From positions 620,001 to 684,000 of the forward strand of contig JAQGDQ010000068.1 of the NCBI GenBank assembly GCA_030141605.1: a stretch of DNA of 64,000 nt, read 5' to 3'. Numbering within the stretch: the stretch's first letter is position 1; every line of letters begins with the position of its first letter. Shown piece after piece: positions 61,101 to 64,000 of this stretch. The stretch is from Tubiluchus corallicola. Lineage: Eukaryota; Animalia; Priapulida. Under the pieces are notes generated by a model. That model was not told the origin of the DNA, made no database searches, and worked only from the letters and a program-made list of their open reading frames with translations. A program made the translations under genes and the position numbers.

Positions 61101-63597
61101 ACACTGTCCTGTTAAGACATCACACTCACCCCCTCCAGGTATGCTACCTAGAGGATCACAATCGCACTTCGTGCACCCAAAGCCCGAACTGTAATTAAAA
61201 GAGTTTAAGTCGCACTGATCACAGTATGTACCGATGACATTAGGCAAGCACTCACAAGAACCATCGATGTTATTACACTTTCCCGTAGATCCTATAGAGA
61301 GGGTGCAGTTACACGGTTGGCAGTCAACAGGACTGATGAGGGCATTGCCAAAAAAACCCTCTGCACACACATCACACTCCTTACCTGCTGTATTCTCTCT
61401 ACAGTTGATGCAAACTCCAGTTGTAGAGTTGCAAGTATCTGCTCTTCGATTGCAAGCGCACTCACGACACATACCACCATTCTGGAAAGCATCTTCTGGA
61501 AAACCGTACCAATCTACAATGCAAAATTCGCACCTGGACCCACCATGCCCAAAGCTGCAGTCATCACATACTGGTTCGCTGCCAATCAAAGAACATGTAG
61601 ATGCAAAGACATTGATATCCATATCCGGAATGCTTCCAGGACACATACACGGTTTGCAGTCATCGGGTGTGCCACCAGTTGCATCACCATAATAGCCATC
61701 AGAACAGACTTCACAAGAATCACCAGCTGTATTATGCTCACAAATGCACACCCCCGTTTTTGGGTCACAGGGACTCACTGTGTGATTATTACAGAAACAA
61801 GCTGTGCACTCCAAGTACACAGATCCATCAGGCACAACTCTTGTAAAGCTAGATGAACACATTTCGCAAGAGTTACCATCATACTCGTCAGGACAAATGC
61901 ATAACTCAACAGTGTTAACTATCACATTACTCATGTCGTCATCAGCTGATGCTAGTTGCAATTCAACAAACCACAAGTCAGTGTGAGAACCAATCAAAGA
62001 ACTGTACCTTGCTCTGATGCGAATTGCTGTAATGTTTGTTAGCACCTCTAAAAACTCTTCCTGTGTCGCTTGTGAAGCACGAGAAGAAAGATTTCCAGAA
62101 TTCCAAGATACTTCATTTAATCGAACAGTATAGTTGTGTCGTTGAAAAGGAGGTGGCGTAGGAAGATTTGTAGAAATCATTCGATTTTCTGTTCCCACTA
62201 TAATGACATCTGCATATCTGGAAGTAAATGTAATCTCTCTAGGTGTGGCATCTGGGTCTATTTTGGCAGGGTCTGACTGACTTAGGGCAAACATAAGAAC
62301 ATGGCCATATGCTGAACGTTCGTTACCAAGATAATCTGACGGTGCTGTGTAGTACATCTCCTGTGCTGTGTCAGCCACTGTGATTCTGCTCACAAGGCTA
62401 AAAATAAAGATATTGGAGATATTAAATAATTAAACTTAAGGTTGTTATTTGTTCACATACTATTATTATTAAGTTCAATAAGTTTCTACAATCTATTAGC
62501 TGTTTAAAATGCTTCACAAGATTAAAACAGTTTAATAAGTACTAAAAAGCATTTGAATCGTTACATGTTCTTAACAACTATAAAAAGTACACTTACTGGA
62601 TGTAAGTTTCACTAATGAAAGGCTCATGAGTTGCAATAATGGCATTCCCTTGGTCATCCTCCCCGTTCCATGGCCACATTCCCACATCCACATCTGGAAA
62701 TCGTTGTTGACTGCGTATGGATGAAAGATACCATCCAGCTGCTGATGTACAGTTAGTAGTATGCCCACTACATGCACACTTCAGACACCCCAGCTCTGAC
62801 CATGGACCAAGACCATAGAAACCTAGGAATAGAAAAATTTCACAATGCAATAAAATGTAAAAACAGGAAAATTTCAATAGAGGAAATTCACATAACAAAA
62901 TTATGGAATTAAAAATTCAGAAATGACTAGCAACAATCAGCAAATTCACAGGCTCCTTACATCTTATATTTGGCTAAGATTCCAGCAATTTAATTAACGA
63001 TTTACTTTTTACAACAAAGGAAAACATCCGAAAACTATGTTGCATCTTTCTTTAAATGTTTTTAACCATTGGGGAAAAAAACATTTAAAATGAATTGCCC
63101 TAAACAAGCTTGAAAATTGAAGCACAACAAAGACCTTGTGAAAAAATCAGAAACTTCATTTCACATGGAATATGGGAAGCCAATCCTTAACATTGTCAAA
63201 GAATTCCAGCAAATGTGGTGATCAGCAAAACATCATAAAATGAACACAAATGAACTTTTTTTCATAAGAAAAACTACAATCCATGGGTAACAATCAGTAA
63301 TTCATGACTTACATACTTAAAACAATTTATTACCTATTTGGTAATTATCGTCAAATTATTACCTATTAGGCAATGATTTATTGTAAGATGTTAATTGCTA
63401 GAAAAACAAAGGAAATAGTAAAACGTGAAACTGTATGCTGAATTAGAACTGTACCTTCATTGCATTGTTCGCACTTACTACCAGTAACCTCCTGTCTACA
63501 GTTACACACTCCGGTTTCTTTATCACAAGCCACTGCCTGACTACCATCAGGATTACAATCACAAGGAAGGCATCCCTCCTCAGTCAAATTATAATAC
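55118..63597 (-). CDS. Laminin chain (gamma-like / beta-gamma hybrid), 3' eight exons: LE repeats, L4 (laminin B) domain, LE repeats, coiled coil; 5' end outside the window
   Basis: Minus-strand exons 63597-63455, 62822-62597, 62397-59934, 59715-59435, 58697-58556, 57508-57332, 56743-56581 and 55257-55118, all GT-AG and in frame (1244 aa visible). L4 signature YYTAPSDYLGNERSAYG...LTNITAIRIRARY; a half LE plus 6 LE modules; ~590-aa heptad region; ends ...LSAICQTP with no LG domains. Confidence 0.92.
55395..56229. mobile_element. hAT-type MITE in laminin last intron
   Basis: TIRs TAGAGGCC / GGCCTCTA, 8-bp flanks ATAATAAC / GTAATCAC (6/8), CAGCTG/TCAGC subterminal repeats at both ends. Confidence 0.65.
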
Positions 63598-64000
63598 CTG
63601 CAAATATGGCAGTACCTTTTACACAGACTTGCTAAAATGCGTTACATCAGCACACTTGTTTTCCTCAAGTCACAGTCGTCCAACAATTTGCATAGTTTCG
63701 TGTATTTGAGTAATTAAATACTTAGTTACTTCATAAAAATAAAGTATTGGGGCCAGAGATTAATAGAAACACTATAAATGTACTTGATCCATGACGAGTA
63801 GGTATAATTGATAACAAATGACAAGCACAGAAATTGAAAAATGCTCAAAATTTTGTCCAAAAACATGTTCTGTGTCTGCCAATCAAACTTGCTCTTCTAT
63901 GAGTCTGGTTTATTTAACAGGTAACCAACCCAATAGTTTGAAAGTCATCTGAATGTTTTCATATATATATATGACTGTTACCACAACAAGTATTGCAAGC

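Noticed and set aside
60731-61986. Antisense ORFs over laminin (likewise over the P450 and NHLRC2 exon 10)
   Set aside because: Shadow frames of real coding exons with no independent motifs.

Overview
AT-rich, intron-containing genomic DNA from an invertebrate animal; nothing prokaryotic (no operons, CRISPR, rRNA or tRNA genes seen). Five protein-coding genes were rebuilt by hand from GT-AG junctions and frame continuity: (1) the last four exons of a 15-hydroxyprostaglandin dehydrogenase-like SDR (+, 51-4897); (2) a complete 11-exon NHLRC2 (-, 38966-12838, 713 aa); (3) a clan-2 cytochrome P450 with an intronless CDS (+, 15146-16654), nested antisense in the ~12.9-kb last intron of NHLRC2; (4) SERAC1 with 15 coding exons (+, 41696-52729, 705 aa), divergent from NHLRC2; (5) the 3' part of a laminin chain (-, 63597-55118) with gamma-type short-arm features, a beta-type hinge, no nidogen-binding loop and a 2.46-kb exon. 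Introns and intergenic DNA hold decayed LINEs (CR1, L2, RTE), hAT-type and other MITEs, a foldback/MULE-like element, a possible solo LTR, SINE remnants, a 28-bp minisatellite and long microsatellites. The main observations are the nested P450 and the beta/gamma-hybrid-like laminin. Family assignments rest on remembered motifs, not database searches.
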